Source: Owenia fusiformis (taxonomy: Eukaryota). From it: a stretch of DNA of 64,000 bases. Of this stretch, positions 25,470-39,772 are shown piece after piece. The DNA lies in the NCBI GenBank assembly GCA_903813345.2, contig CAIIXF020000001.1, forward strand, positions 22,258,001 through 22,322,000, written 5' to 3'. The notes beneath the pieces are model-generated. The model searched no databases. It saw only the letters and a program-made list of their open reading frames with translations, and was not told where the DNA came from. The position numbers were made by a program, and so were the translations under genes. Numbering within the stretch: position 1 is the first letter of the stretch; every line of letters begins with the position of its first letter.

Positions 25470-26490
25470 TCAGTGTACTCATTTATCTAAAAATACGCAG
25501 TTATGGCGTCACAATCAATATGCAAATGAGTTAATTTGCAGATATATAATTTAAAAAATGTAAGTTTTTATTCTCTTTAATTTGTTTCATCAAAATCGGA
25601 GCAATATTAGCCAAGTTATATTATGAATAACATTTTTTTTCTTATCAACACAATATTTTCATGGTAACTATGGAAACGGGCGTGTTAGACATTTCTTGCC
25701 CACTTTTCGTAATAACTAACAAGTGGATCTTAAGACTAGGAACTCTAAGCTTTCAAACGGTACCAAATCCATTCATATGTCGTAATTGTACATTACCGTA
25801 CTAAAATAAATATACTTATTTATTTAAAAGTATGCAAAATAATGCAGTTATGACGTCACAATCAATATGCAAATGAGTTAATTTGCCTAAATGTTATTTT
25901 GAAATTTTAATTCTCTTATACCAATTTCATCAAAATCGGAGCAATTTCAGTAAAGTTATGCATAAAAATATTTTCTGATTATTAACACTGCTATTTTGTG
26001 GTTGCTATGGAAACAGGCATTTTAGACACATTTGGGCCACTTTTTGTAATTAGTTTCAAGTGAATCTCAAAACTAGATACTAAAAGCTTTCACACGGTTC
26101 CAAATTCATGAATATGTTATAACTGTACATTACTGTACTTAAATAAATATACTCATTTATCAAAAATACACAAAATAATGCAGTGATGACGTAATAATCA
26201 ATATGATCAATATGCAAATGAGCTAATTTGCATAAATGTTATTTTCGAAAATGGAACTTTCAATTCCCTTCAATTTGATACCAATTTCATTAAAATCAGA
26301 GCAATATTAGTAAAGTTATGCATAAAACAATTTTCTGCTTATTAAAAACATATTTTTGTGGTTACCATGGAAACGGGCGTTTTAGAGACATTCGGCCCAC
26401 ATTTCGTAATTGCTAACAAGTGGATCTCAAACCTAGACACCACAAGCTTTCCAACGGTACCAAATTCGAGAATATGATGCAACTGTATAT
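25470..26490. repeat. Three diverged tandem copies of a ~350-bp unit
   Basis: AATATGCAAATGAG(T/C)TAATTTGC and ATGGAAAC(G/A)GGC blocks recur about every 350 bp. Confidence 0.8.
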
Positions 26491-28034
26491 TAAACTTTTT
26501 CTGCCCGCCTGTATGTCTTTCGAGAGGAAATATCAATAATCGATTTATCGCTAGATGATAATTCAAATACCACTCAAACTTTTCAAAGGTGGAATTTCGG
26601 TATTGCAACTGTTTTTTAAAATGTCACCAAAATGCTCGTTAACAAGAAAGTCGTTAGTTACACAATGATATAGATGTTGTTAATTTATGAAAAATGTCGA
26701 AGTGTGCAACTGATTGTTTTAAAAAAAATGCAACCCTATTTTTCTTTATATTGACTAGGAGTAAAATATATAATATTAAACGAGTTAGATATCATCTAGT
26801 TGCTTATAAAATTGGCCTAATTCATAAATATTGAATACAATAGAGAAAGTAATATTTTGTACATAGGTTTAGGATGTCAATCTTTAAACTGTTTTCCAAA
26901 GTGGCATTTGAATTCAAAATGCCATTCTGCTTCACAAACTTAAATCATAATTCAACTTTCATCTTGTGATATATTAAAATAAACGTATGTTGTCTTAAGT
27001 TTACAGCTCTCAGGACTGTCTGTAGTAATCACGCCCCTGCAATTATAGACGTCACTGCCCCTGCCTGCCAAAAGAGAGGCATCTCGAAGGAGCTGGATGT
27101 TAACATGGGCAATCTATTGAATGCCAACAATGCCCATGATGTTAGGTAATACATCGTTACACTTCCCTCTAAACTTTAGCAAACATCAGCTCTCTTGTTG
27201 GACCACATATTAAGCCTGTCTATGGGCATGATTAAAAAAAGAGTCATCGACATTTTCAAAACATTCCTGACCTTGTGTAAAGGAAAGAATAGTTACAAAC
27301 ATCCATAGCTTTAACACCAACTCTAGTCTTACAACTAAGGCTCATTGGCAGAGCCAAGGTTACCGCTATCGCAAAGCCCGGGGTTCCAATTCTTGTTTAC
27401 CCCACTACACGTCGCACGAACGGGACAATACGGGCGATATTATATTATGGCGTCAAAATACCAAAACAAAACAATGAGTAGTCCACATCCAGGGTTGTCC
27501 ATTCAGGGTCCATTGAGCAAAATGTGAACATTTAGTGGTGTGTGACAGTGTACTGTGACTTATTTCAAAATTTATCCCAATTTCAACGAACAGTGCGTTA
27601 CATAAATGGTATTTCGATAAACAGTTAAGATCTGCACGTTTAACCCAAACCGTTTATGTAACTTAAATGAGGAATTAAATCGACGATTCTGTTGTCTTCT
27701 GAGCTTTTTTGCAAACATGTACATTTTATAAAACATATGATACTGATATACGTTTGTGAGAAAGAACGTCGTGGAGATTCTGCCTACAACGCGTGAAATA
27801 AGGAAAAAAGAAAAATCGTACCTTCGACGTTCCGACATTTTGCTACCGACACGAACCGTTTCGGTAACCAGCGTAATCGAGGAGCGGATCACCAGTGATA
27901 GTTTAATACATAGACGACAAATTAAACATATGCATAACTACAACATATGTATTCATATTTTTGGAGCTAGCTTTTACAATGATATTGCTATTGACAATTT
28001 TTTTCACCACGTAAAGCTGTATATATCATATTAT

Positions 28035-29867
28035 TTAACCAGTAAAACGTATTGTTACTGCTGCGACAAATGTTGGCATTTCTATATATACACCCTTCAG
28101 TGTTCCATGTCCATATTTGCCGGAAAAAACGTCCATCCCAAAGTAGGAAAAAACATTCTCAGAGTAATATGGCCACAATGCTCGTCCTTCTATAATATCC
28201 GGCTCTTCCATGAAGCCACATTCATTGTTGGGTAGAAGGTAATTAGATGTATAAAAGCCTCCATCTATTGGAATTGTTCCATTCCATTTTCCTACAATGA
28301 ACAATGAAATATTTTGAACATGCAATTAGCCAGAGGTAATTTCATTCATTGTTATGAATATCGTGCAAATATTTTGTTGGCTGTATTTTGGTTAGGGGGG
28401 GGGGTCCTAAAATCAAATGGGGGGGGGGGCAACACTTCCGCCCTTTTTGGCCTCCGATTATTTTCGTGGTCACATTATGGTGGAAGCTGGTCCCTGGACC
28501 CCACATGTTCGCCATTGTTAATGGCCTTACCTCTTAATGTGATGGGTCTTTTGGCTAGTGCAACAAATCCAATTTCTCTAAGATATGTGTCCTTGTAATA
28601 TTTCACGCGACGATGTGGCATCGTCTCCGTTACTGCCCTAAGTTGAACTTTCATGGTGAACGCTAAGAAGGTATAATCTCCCAAATCTACAGGTTGACCT
28701 TAGTACAACTGCTCATCTGTCAAACTGCTTACATCAATGCCATACTCTTTGAGATATTCTACAAATTCTCTTCCTGAAATTTAGTAACTCAACTTGAATA
28801 CAAAAAATGACTACATGAGAGTCAGTATTGGGGTCGCACCAGGCTAGAGAATCAAGGCGACTAGGTAATGGCAAGGACGATGGGCTAAAAGAGGCTTCTC
28901 TCACTGTTCCACAACTAGTTACTTTGACGGAACGTCAATGTAACAAAATGGATAAACTTCCTGGACACGAGTTTTTTGTTTTCTCTATTTAAACGTACAT
29001 ATATAAATATATTGCGGTTTATTATTTGGCACAAAGTTAGACAATATAGTCTAGCTTTTAGAAATGCTGTCCGTTTGGAACTTGATTATTAGATAAAGCT
29101 GTAATCCATGCATTTACAGTAGACCATCGCCTTTGTTACATTGACGTAAGTCGTCAAAGCAACATACACTGGTAATATAACGGACTTTCGTCAATGTAAC
29201 GAAAGCGAGGGGCTAAATATATGAATTGCAACTTCATTTATAAAACAAATTCCAAATCGAAGAAACTTATTAAATAGACTATATTTTCAAGCTTTGTGAC
29301 AAATTATAATCTGCAATTTGACTTATAAGTAGGTTTGAATCGAGAAAACAAAAAACTCGTGTCCAGGAAGTTCATCCATTTTGTTACATTACATTGACGT
29401 TCCGTCAAAGTAACTAGTTGAGGAACAGTGTCTCTGGGAAACATGGAATTTATTAGGGTGGGTACATGTATATATGTAGAATTATATTGGCTCCATATAA
29501 TGAGAGCATTATCATCGTTTCGATAAAATATTGTATTTTAAATGTTATTTTCTGGAAAAAGAATATAATTAAGTTTATACTATTCCATGGATGGTGTCAT
29601 CCACATGGTACAAATTCTCATATACCCACCCTTTTTAACAACTTCTGACCTCGATTTGAATCCGAATAATCTCCAGGTCTTATGCAAGACTCCCGAGGAG
29701 ACAAATAACTCTGGGGGATCTCCATCTGCTAGAAAAGATAATGTCCTCTCTGTAGAATTTCCCCCTTGCATCGCTTTCCTCTTGCACCGCTTACATTTTG
29801 AGGAATCACCAAATTTTACTAACCTGATTAAAAAAATAAAGAGAATGCTACATTTTAACAAATGCAT
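28035..29867 (-). pseudogene. Secreted-protein family copy B (exons 29867-29630, 28773-28531, 28291-28035) with a premature stop
   Basis: Same exon sizes and phases as copy A. TAA at 28702-28700 replaces the CAA (Gln) of copy A in EQLYQGQP. Confidence 0.8.
28902..29430. mobile_element. Transib-like MITE in intron 1 of copy B
   Basis: CACTG...CAGTG termini, inverted arms of about 90 bp or more, and exact 5-bp TSD TCTCT (28897-901, 29431-35). Confidence 0.8.
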
Positions 29868-30220
29868 GGTTTCTTGTCTGCCCCTTTCTCTGTATGCCTT
29901 AAGAGCCTTAAGCAATGCTAGTATGTGAGAAAATTTTTAAAGTGTAACAGAAAACCACATAGAGTATGCAAGTGTATGTAGTTATACAAAGACTAGACTA
30001 GACTAAAAGAAATTAGAATAAATACGGTGTTTTTATGTGTTTTTAATATCTGAAAGTGTTTTGTTTGAAAGTGTACAAACTTAAACTCGTACTCGTACAT
30101 ACGATGTATACTCTGACCACTGTGGTTTTCATAAGCAATGCATTCATGTAATCCTCTACCCAGTAATATTATTGTACACACTCAGGTGTAATTTCAAATC
30201 CACGACTTGTATTCAGTTTA

Positions 30221-32297
30221 TGCCTGGGTCACATAGCCGCCGGGCGCCGGCCGATGAGTAGTCATCGGCCGATTTCTAAATCGACCGGGCGCCGGTGACT
30301 TTTCACCGATGTCTTGATCTAATCGTGAGTATGGTCACATTAGTACAGGCATCGTACGGCGCCCGCAATCAATTGAATCTGAAAGACATCGCACGGGTAT
30401 CGCAAGGCTATCTGCCGATGGCCGTACGGCACCCGCCAGGACATCGGTCGATCTACAGGCCTCTAGATTTATACAAAATTCTTGTATGACCCGGTATGCC
30501 TGTTCCACATGGCGTGAATGCAAGATTTGAAAACGAAATACTTCGATAGACAGGACTTCCAGGATAATAATGTTTCCATGCAATAAGAATCAGAAAGAAC
30601 CTCTTTTGAGTAAATAGGTTCAATATTTAGAAAAAATGCTGACATGGGGTCCCTATTCATAATTTTTCAAATTGTTTGATTGATATATTTACTATATCAT
30701 GGGTTCTTCAATTGAAATAAAACACAAAGTACATATTGTTTTAATAAAAACATTGTATTTATGCCCAGAAAGTACTCATGATGAAAGATATGACCGTCTA
30801 AAATCACTTGCCATACTGCACGTGGTCTTTTCATCAAAGTGAACCCTGACCTTAATTCATTTTTAGATCTTTCATATGCATCCGATGCTATTAGCAAAAT
30901 TCCATATTTCTGCATCTTTCTTTTGACTGTTCTCGTAAAGAGAATTTGTTTGGTCATAAAAATATGTTAAAAGAAATTGGCGATTTTTTCTTCTATTCCA
31001 AGTGGACCTCTTCCATAGACACATCTAAATCTTCATCATCCACCAGCTCACTAGCATTGTTATTGTCTTTGGCCTTCCTGATATATGGCCCATTGGCCTT
31101 ATCCCCTCTATCCTTAGCCTTTGGCATATTAACTGTAATTGAGACAGTGAACTTTCGTATTAAAATTGTGACCCTCGAAAATACTGTACTCACAAAAACA
31201 TTCAGAAGATTTTTAGAATAAATGATTTGTAATGGTATACGCATAGAAATGTATCACTCTATTCATTGTGTATGACAGACATACACCATTAATGTCAATA
31301 TAAGAAAGACTAGATCAACCCATCCACCCAGCCATTCAAATGTGTGTCATTGTTTTACAGTAAGCCTAATCGTGCCATTTATGTTTTATAAAAAATCTCT
31401 GACAGTGTGTAGTATTTATAATTCTACCTCATTATTTTTAAAACCTTTATATTACTTTATAAGTAATCATTATTAAGATTTATCAAACAAATCAGCACGC
31501 AAAATCCCAAGATGACCGTGGGATGCCACCGGGCGCCGTAAGATAATCGTACGATGATCGGACGGGACACGGCCGTGTAGGTACCGATGAGTTTGGTTGA
31601 GAAAAAATCGCCAAGACATCGGCAACTTTTATCTCCGCGATAATGGCCTAGTCACATAGCCCGGCCGATGAGGTTCCGATGAGCCAGCGATGCAATTTTC
31701 ACCGAACTCGGCCGAACACCGGCCGGACACCGGCCGGACATCCGTGGCGTTTGTTGCTTAAAACCGCATTGGTGGCAGCTCGGTGAAATTTTAACTTCGG
31801 AGTTAAATTTCACCGGGCTCTCACCGAGCTCCCTCATCGCAGCCCCATCGTAACCACATCAGAACACATGTCGGCCGGTGCACGGCCGAGTATCGGTCGG
31901 TGTCCCGTGCATCTGAGACAACCAGAGGACGAGGTTTTTTAACGGACACCGGCCGAGCTCCGACCGAGCTCCGGCCGATGTGGGACAGAGCCTTGGAAAG
32001 TATAGTACCTGAAGATGTCCGGACGGAGTCCGTTCACGTCACCGAGCTCTGCTTCCGATGAGGAGAGCTCGGTGGCACCAAAAAAATCCACCGAGCTCTA
32101 CCGATGCCGGACATCGGCCGGGCTATGTGACTAGGCCATAAAACTCTGCCGGCGCCCGTACGATGTCTAAAAATCGGCCGATGAGTGGCGATCATCGCCC
32201 GGCGCCCGTACGATGCCCGGGCTCGCCGCCCGATTTTGAACAAAATACTCATCGGCCGGGCGCCGTAGTGAAAATCGGAGCCTATGTGACCAAGGCA
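30221..32297 (-). mobile_element. Non-autonomous PIF/Harbinger element with decayed MADF/Myb-like ORF
   Basis: TIR TGCCTGGGTCACATAG / CTATGTGACCAAGGCA, TSD TTA. Minus-strand YDQTNSLYENSQKKDAEIWNFANSIG near 30880-30958 resembles MADF. Confidence 0.8.
31644..32138. mobile_element. Harbinger MITE nested in a related Harbinger element
   Basis: 27-bp perfect TIR TGGCCTAGTCACATAGCCCGGCCGATG; TSD TAA (31641-43, 32139-41). Confidence 0.88.
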
Positions 32298-34763
32298 TTA
32301 GAGATGGGTAAGAGAAATGAGGAAATGGACCCTGTAATCATCAATCTCGAAACAGACCCAAGTAGTGATAGTGATTAAACCTTTCTCGTTGAGTACTTAT
32401 GAAAAACTTTAGTTGTACCTTCGAGATGGTCCATTGTAGTACGTAACCCACCCATACCTTTATGCATATGAAGTACAATTAAACATACTTACTTACTCCC
32501 TGATTTTCATATTTTTGTTTACACCATGTTTAAGTCTCTTGGAATTTTGTTTTCTAGTTTAAAAAAATCAACTGGAGAAAAAATTATTGAATCTTAAATT
32601 CATTTGGGACAGAGGCATTCATTTGCAACATATTGTTGTTTTGTGAATAAAAAAATTATTGCAAAATATAACCAAAATGCTCATTTCTAATGCAACGACA
32701 TGGACTTTAGTTTTCTAATACACTTTAACTTGAGAATTACAAAGCTACAATTTACTTATCATACAAGAAAAACGTGATGTATATAGTAAACGGAACAGCA
32801 ATGTGGTAATCAAACATGCTTTACTGAATTTATAGTATATGTTATGATATATTGATAAATATCATATCAATTTGAGTGATGTCGTTTTCATCGACGAGTT
32901 GATATCAAAATGAACACGAGGCAATAAAATCATATCACAACTTGATATCGGGTTTATCCCATGATGAAAATAAAAAAAATCGTCCATCATACGGATCTCC
33001 ATAGTTTCAGGTATATCACTGGATGTTATTTTAAAGATAACACATCAGCCTACATTAAGACAGCAGAATCATCAGTCAAGAGCAATGCATAATATAGGAA
33101 TATCCTATGGTTTTGGAAAAATATCATTTATATCTGACTGGATATCGATATCTTCACGAGTGATCGCAGCGAATAAGTGAAGATATTGATATCCATGAGT
33201 GGATATAATTGATATTTTTGAAAAATCATAGGATTGTCCGTTTATCCCATGGGAAATCATCATCTGGGAAAAAAAGTTGAAAAAATTCACAACAATTTTT
33301 TGAAAATTGAAAAGGAGTTTGAAAAGAATTCAATTTTGCAAAAATATGAAAATTCTTTTTAAAAACAATCGAATATACCATCGAATATCACTTTTGAAAC
33401 TATCGAATATCTCTTTTGAAAACATCGAATATCAATTTTTAAGTAGTGATATTCGATTGTTTGAAAGTTATATTCGATGGTTTGGGAATCTTTTGCTAAA
33501 ATATGATATCTTGATGCACATATCAAATATATCTTCACGTGATATTCGATCTATATCCTTGAAACCATGTGATAACATATGATATCAAAGTCAAATATTT
33601 AAATAAAGAGTTGGAAAAGTAAAAAAGGAGAACTGTTGAACACCTGAACACCTAAATGGAAAAAATGATGAACTTACCTATCTAGGGAGGTTTTTTAGAA
33701 TGGGGGTATGAGAACACCTGAAAGCACTTTGTGATGGCATAGAATGTTGTCCCAAAATATCACTCAAAAGGTGTTAAGGCACTTCCTCATCAACCTCTAT
33801 ACTCACAAAATGCAGCTGAACAAGAAGCTAAAAGAATGTGATGGGTTTAAACAAACGATATGACCTGGTTCATAGATTCTGGTTTGTTTCAAAGGGATTA
33901 AATTTAATTTTCACTCCATCTCACATTGGTTAGAAGTAAAATTATTTTCCATACCAACTCCAGAAATGTTCACACCATATCCTGATTACCAGTGTGTATG
34001 TTTACCCCACGTTTAATGTTTAATATTGCATGTGTTTACAGTGTCAAGGTAACAAAAGTCACCTACAGAGAAGATGACAGCATTGCAATGATCTTTCAGA
34101 AATCATATGTCATGTCATGAATTAAAGAAACTCGGCAGTTTGAGACTCTGGCATAATAAATGATAATTTCTAAATGAAAATACAATTATGGAGTTGTGGT
34201 GGATATTTTCTTGCTCAGATAGGTGATAAAGGAGACAGTTATTACAAGGTACCATTATACCATATCTGGGGGATTTTTTTGTATGATAATAGTTGGTACA
34301 GTAAGTGTACATATTGATAAAAATACTAAATTATTACCTTTTCAGTAATTGAATAGACAAATATACATGTTATGTAGATATTTAGTTCAACTATAACAAT
34401 ACAAATTTATTTCAGTTCATAAAATTATATTAAAATACGAAATATGCGTAATTTCTTGTACATTTTATGTGAAGTTTATGGCACAAAAGATCTCAATGGT
34501 TAACAATAATAAATATGAATCACAATATAGTTGAGTCCAATATCTGAGATGAAAATATTTGGATTCAAATCGATTTTCTGGCTTTGTGACCAAAGGTTTA
34601 CAAAATGCTAGTTAACATGATGTTAATCTTAAAAGGCCAAAGATTAATAAAATGCTAGTTTCCTTAAGATTCTAGCATGGGCTTTCATCTAGTTAAAAGC
34701 CCATGGTTAACATAATGCTAGTCTACTGTATGTAATGAATATGTTACGAGATTCATTTCCATG

Positions 34764-37700
34764 TCATTGAAGCAAGTCATAACCTAACAGCGTGTCTGCT
34801 ATCACATCACTAAGCGAAAGAAGTTTAAACGGGGAATGTTGTGCAATTTGTGTTGAATGTGGTACACTGTCAGTGATCCAAAAGTTTTCAAACTTGACAC
34901 TGTCCCCTGTAAATGATTTCCAAGAGTCTTTGGGAAACACAGCATGTGTTACATAGGCACTGATTTTATCTGCTCCAGCCTTTAACAGAGCCTGAAGTGA
35001 AAACATTATAAACATTCAAATCAAACAATCTAATCTCACTAAACACTATTCTAATATTTTCCTTTTTTAAAAAAAAATTCTCACAAAGCAATTGATGGAG
35101 TAGCATGAACATAATCATTTTTGATTAATCTTTCACAATGTTAAACAAAAAATACAATATTTCTGTAAAAATCTCACCCTTCCACATTCTTTTAGAGTCC
35201 CTCCAGTTTGAATGAGATCATCTACTATTATCACATGCAGTCCCATTGGGTCTCCTAGAGAGGGAAGTGATATCTTTGTTAAACTATAGGAAACCTTAAT
35301 TCAACACCTTCATAACCAAATGTCACATTAAATCATTTCTGCCAATCAAGGTCTCTTAATGTTATATCTAAGGTTAATTGAAAATCAATAATCCAGCCAA
35401 ATAATCAATTATGTTGTTTTATATGATTGTCTGGTTTTTTGAATATTATCGAGTTGTTCATCTTAGTGTTTGATTTAACATGCTAGCCAAATGTGAGGAA
35501 TAAAAATGGTACTGTGATGAAGAAATATTAAGGAGTTGTTTTACTTTAAAGGTTTTACAGTGCATACATCCAAAATAAATAATAATACAGTAAAACCTGT
35601 CTAATCCGAACACCATTGCGACTGGCTAAAAGTGTTCCGATTAAGAGGTGTTCGGATTGCATAAGCAAGACTCAGGATTTGAAGAAATATAAATAAATAA
35701 TAAAAAATTTAAATGTATTCTCAATAAATGTTAATATTTCTATTGACCACATAGCTTTATGGCATTCCAAAATCCAATTCAAATATATTTTTATTCATGC
35801 TAGAAAGACCTATGATTGAGACCATTTGATGTTTTTTCAAAGTTTCGATATGAAAAAAACATGATAGTGCACGTGTTTGTACACTACAATATAAAACAGA
35901 GAATAATTTGTGTCAAATATAGCACATATCGGATATAGGATATACTGTGATGGATTGAATATGGGTTTTATCCCAAGGACCAATATGATATTTCCATTTT
36001 AATAAAGGAGTGGGTCTGGAGATTCCACTGCGATATATATTTGAATATGGGTTTTATACAAAGGACCAATATGATATTTCCGTTTTAATAAAGGAGTGGG
36101 TCTGGAGATTCAACTGCGATATATTTTCAAAGGTTCACAAGAAGATATCAAAAAGCTCAAAGTGCTGTTGAAAAAGGAGCAAAACATTCTTTGCTAGAAA
36201 GTCAACATTGAATTTTCTTGAGACCATATTTATCATATAAAAATGTTGCATGTTCACTCATCAGAACTGTGCACTAATTAGAGAGAATACGGTACTCTAG
36301 CCTAATTACCTTCATTTATTTTGACGACCCTTTGATCTCCATCTCTGATCTTGCTACATATGATGAATCTAGCTCCAGGAAAGAAAGAGTTAAATCTCTT
36401 ATGTGCACCATCATCAGGGAATGCTATCGCTAGGTTATTCTTGTCTCCAAGGTTTCTCATCTCACGTAGCAACAATGGAATGGCAGATTCTAATCTAAAC
36501 ACATGAGCACAAAATTGGTTGGATTTCAATTTAAAGAATGTTTCCATAGCACTGTCATTATATTCAACCAAGATGGAAGATCAGATTCTAAAATAAAAAC
36601 ATGATATGAGAGAAACTGTTTCGATAAAATGTTTTAATTTCAATTTGAAATATTTATATGTACTTTATGCTTTAATTTCAATTTTAAATACTTTAACTTT
36701 AGCAACAATGAAATGTCAGTTTCCAGTATAAACACATGAACAAAATTGTTTTAATAAAATACTTCAACATGATTGTATACATAACTGTGACACTTAATTC
36801 TTAAAAATAAAATCTACATGCAATTTTGCTCCCCCACCCCAACTCACTTTAATTGTTTAACATTAACCCACGAAAATAACTGAAAACAAGTGTGCTCATT
36901 CGCTAATACTTTAACATCTTTCCTACCTAGGTATGACATTTTCAGAGAAATAAAACCTCTCCTGTAGAGCGTGTATGTCAAATATGACTAACTGAGCTGG
37001 TCCTCGTGATGTCATAGGAATGTGCGACAACATGGCAGCTAAAGTCTGGAAGACAAAAATTATTTGAAAATAAACAATTATTTAAAGCTTTTAGAGAGAA
37101 CATTGGCATGTAGAAGTACAAATAGGACACATAAAAATTTTCAATGAGTGTAACATTTGGTATTACTTATTCCGTTAAGTTTGGTTCACTCTGAATGGGG
37201 TTCATTTCTTTACCTTTGCAGTAGCAATCTGTCCCTCTTTGTCTACTCTCTCCATGGTTCCAGTGGGAAAGTAGGGCAGAATCACAGTGAAGGAACGTGC
37301 CAAATATCTGTGGGAGGCAAAATGTATGATAAATTATAACAAATCTCTTTTACCCATAGCTCATATATAAGCATATGTAAGTTTATTTTTAACAAAGTTA
37401 AATATTGTTTAAAAGTAAAATATGTTTGGTCTTCTCTTTAATTGCCATGACCCTATCATTATTGTAACCCTAACCTAATCAGTAAGATTATGAACAACTT
37501 TAATACAGTAATAAGATTTAAATAAAATGTATGACAAATAGTATCTTACCTTGGAATAGCATACATGATTCCCAGTTGCTCAAAGATAACTTGAGGGGAA
37601 TGAAAGCTTGCAAGGAAAATAACTGAAATAAAATCAACTTTTTAAAATAAGAATTCTTAATTCAATAAATTCAACATCGAAAAAGAAAAAAATGTTTGTA

Positions 37701-38732
37701 TGTGACCAATTCTCAGATTTGGTAATAGAAATCAAGATCATTAATTTTGAATAGCTAGGATGAAATAAAAAGTACAGTAATATGTTACGTCTTATAAAAT
37801 TATTATAAGATGCCTTTATACATGTACAATTGTACATGCATTTTGCATGTTGTTATTTTGATGATAATAAAAAGGTAAGGCCTAAATCTTTTATGCTTAG
37901 TAATAAATATTCTATCTCACCATCCTTTCCTGCAATTTCTTTGACATCATTTATGAAAAGATTTGGAAAGCCATCATTAAATTTTCCCCAGTTGATTGAT
38001 TTCTTGAAACAGACAGACCGTGGCTCTAGTGCTCCTTTGAATGAAGAAGATCTGGACAAATGCTGGAACAAAATGTAAAATGTGTCAACAAATATACAAT
38101 ATGTACAAAATGTCATGTTGTCCATGTACAATACATACATTGTACATGTACATGCACAGAAATGTATGAGTTGTTGAAATGTGTTTGTGATATACTCCAT
38201 ACATGCATGTGCATGTAAATATTGTACATATACATGTAACCTTATGTTGTACATACCTGTTCATGTAAAATATTTTACCCAAGAGGGACCCTCATTGCCC
38301 CAAGCACAGGAACTGTGTACTGTACATGTAAATTGACTTTCTGTTCTGATAGTCAAAACTCAATATTTTTCACTAAAGTAATTGGAAGAATGCTAATATC
38401 TGTACAAGTCTATGTGCCCTCTAGAAGGCATTGGTATTACTGAATAGTATTATACCCCCGATTACACCCCGGGATTACACCATTACATTGATGCATTGGA
38501 AAAACAAAACGAAAGTGAATCACATAGGAGAGTTGTCATCATCTCAATTGCACTGTACAGTCAACGAAAGAATTAACACATGAACATAACAAAGTCTTAC
38601 CCGCGTAAGCATTTCACTCTCCTGGGAGACAAACTCATGTTTACCGTCAGCTGAGCATGTTCGAGCAATCTTCTCAGCAACAACCTCCATTTCCGGGTGA
38701 GAAAAAAGACAAATTTGACTTCTAGTCGCCAT
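34764..38732 (-). CDS. PRS4: Ribose-phosphate pyrophosphokinase, class II (plant PRS4-like), 349 aa; exons 38732-38601, 38062-37921, 37622-37550, 37307-37214, 37045-36927, 36494-36310, 35254-35178, 34991-34764
   Basis: All GT-AG junctions are phase-consistent (1050 nt). Motifs: [71 protein letters not shown]. Confidence 0.93.
35588..35660 (+). mobile_element. Left end of a pogo/Tc1-type MITE in a PRS intron
   Basis: TA-CAGTAAAACCTGTCTAATCCGAACAC is identical to the start of the element at 61422. Confidence 0.6.
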
Positions 38733-39772
38733 TTATGAAGCGTTTGATGGTCTATTTCTCCTTTCTATATATGTAATGCACGAGAAACGTATATGTTGTT
38801 CCTAATGATATCACTAAATATATCTTTTATTAACTAACAATGGCATTACATAGAAATAAAAGTAATCTTTATCGATTGTTTACATCCCTGATCACCATTT
38901 TGAAAAGCTAGATGTCAAACTACTTGAACGAGATCAAAAAACGAAATGGTGTTGATTTTACAGTTGAATATTGAAGTTCAACCAAATAAAGTAAAATACA
39001 TTAAAAGAGTTGATAAATATCATTCTTAGATAATATTTACAAATATTGTATATTATTAACATTAATCATCTTTAACGATTTCTTTGTACTGTGGTTACAA
39101 GTTTGACATTTAGCACCAAGCACTTGTCAAGGCCACGTGATAGAGGTAAACAATAACAATAACAAGGAAGCAGTTAAAAGTGAAGAGAGAAGTCTGCTAC
39201 ACAGTAAATAACAACAGCTTGCATCATGCAGTCATGAAAATCCGGTTAACAAAAATAGAATGTAGTAAGGATAATGATCTGATCGTCTATAGTCTGTACA
39301 TAGGAGTTGTATAACGATTGTTTTCGAAAGTGAAAGTAGGTCATTGTTGAGCCAATGAATCATAAATACTGCTATTGATTGGACGAGAGGCTCGCCTGCA
39401 ATACCATATATGGTTATATTAATGATAACATTATATTCACCTCACCCAATGCACTTTGGATGCAATTCGTACAGGTTTAGGAATGATTTCACCGTTTTGA
39501 CCATATATAGTCAATCAGATCAGGGTCTGAGAAAGAAAGCATCGAGTAAGATTTGCTTGTGCCTGTAGATTTGGTATGCGTTGATCAAGCGGCAGAAGCT
39601 GACAACACAGACTTACTGTAACAGTTCAAGGAGGCTGGATTATGTACAACATTACATTTTACGACGTTCAACGGGTTACATTCGAAACCACAGGAGCTGA
39701 AGAGCTGATAAATTGAATACCGACAATCAACAACTCAAAGTGATTAATATACATTGTAGTTAGACAATAAAG

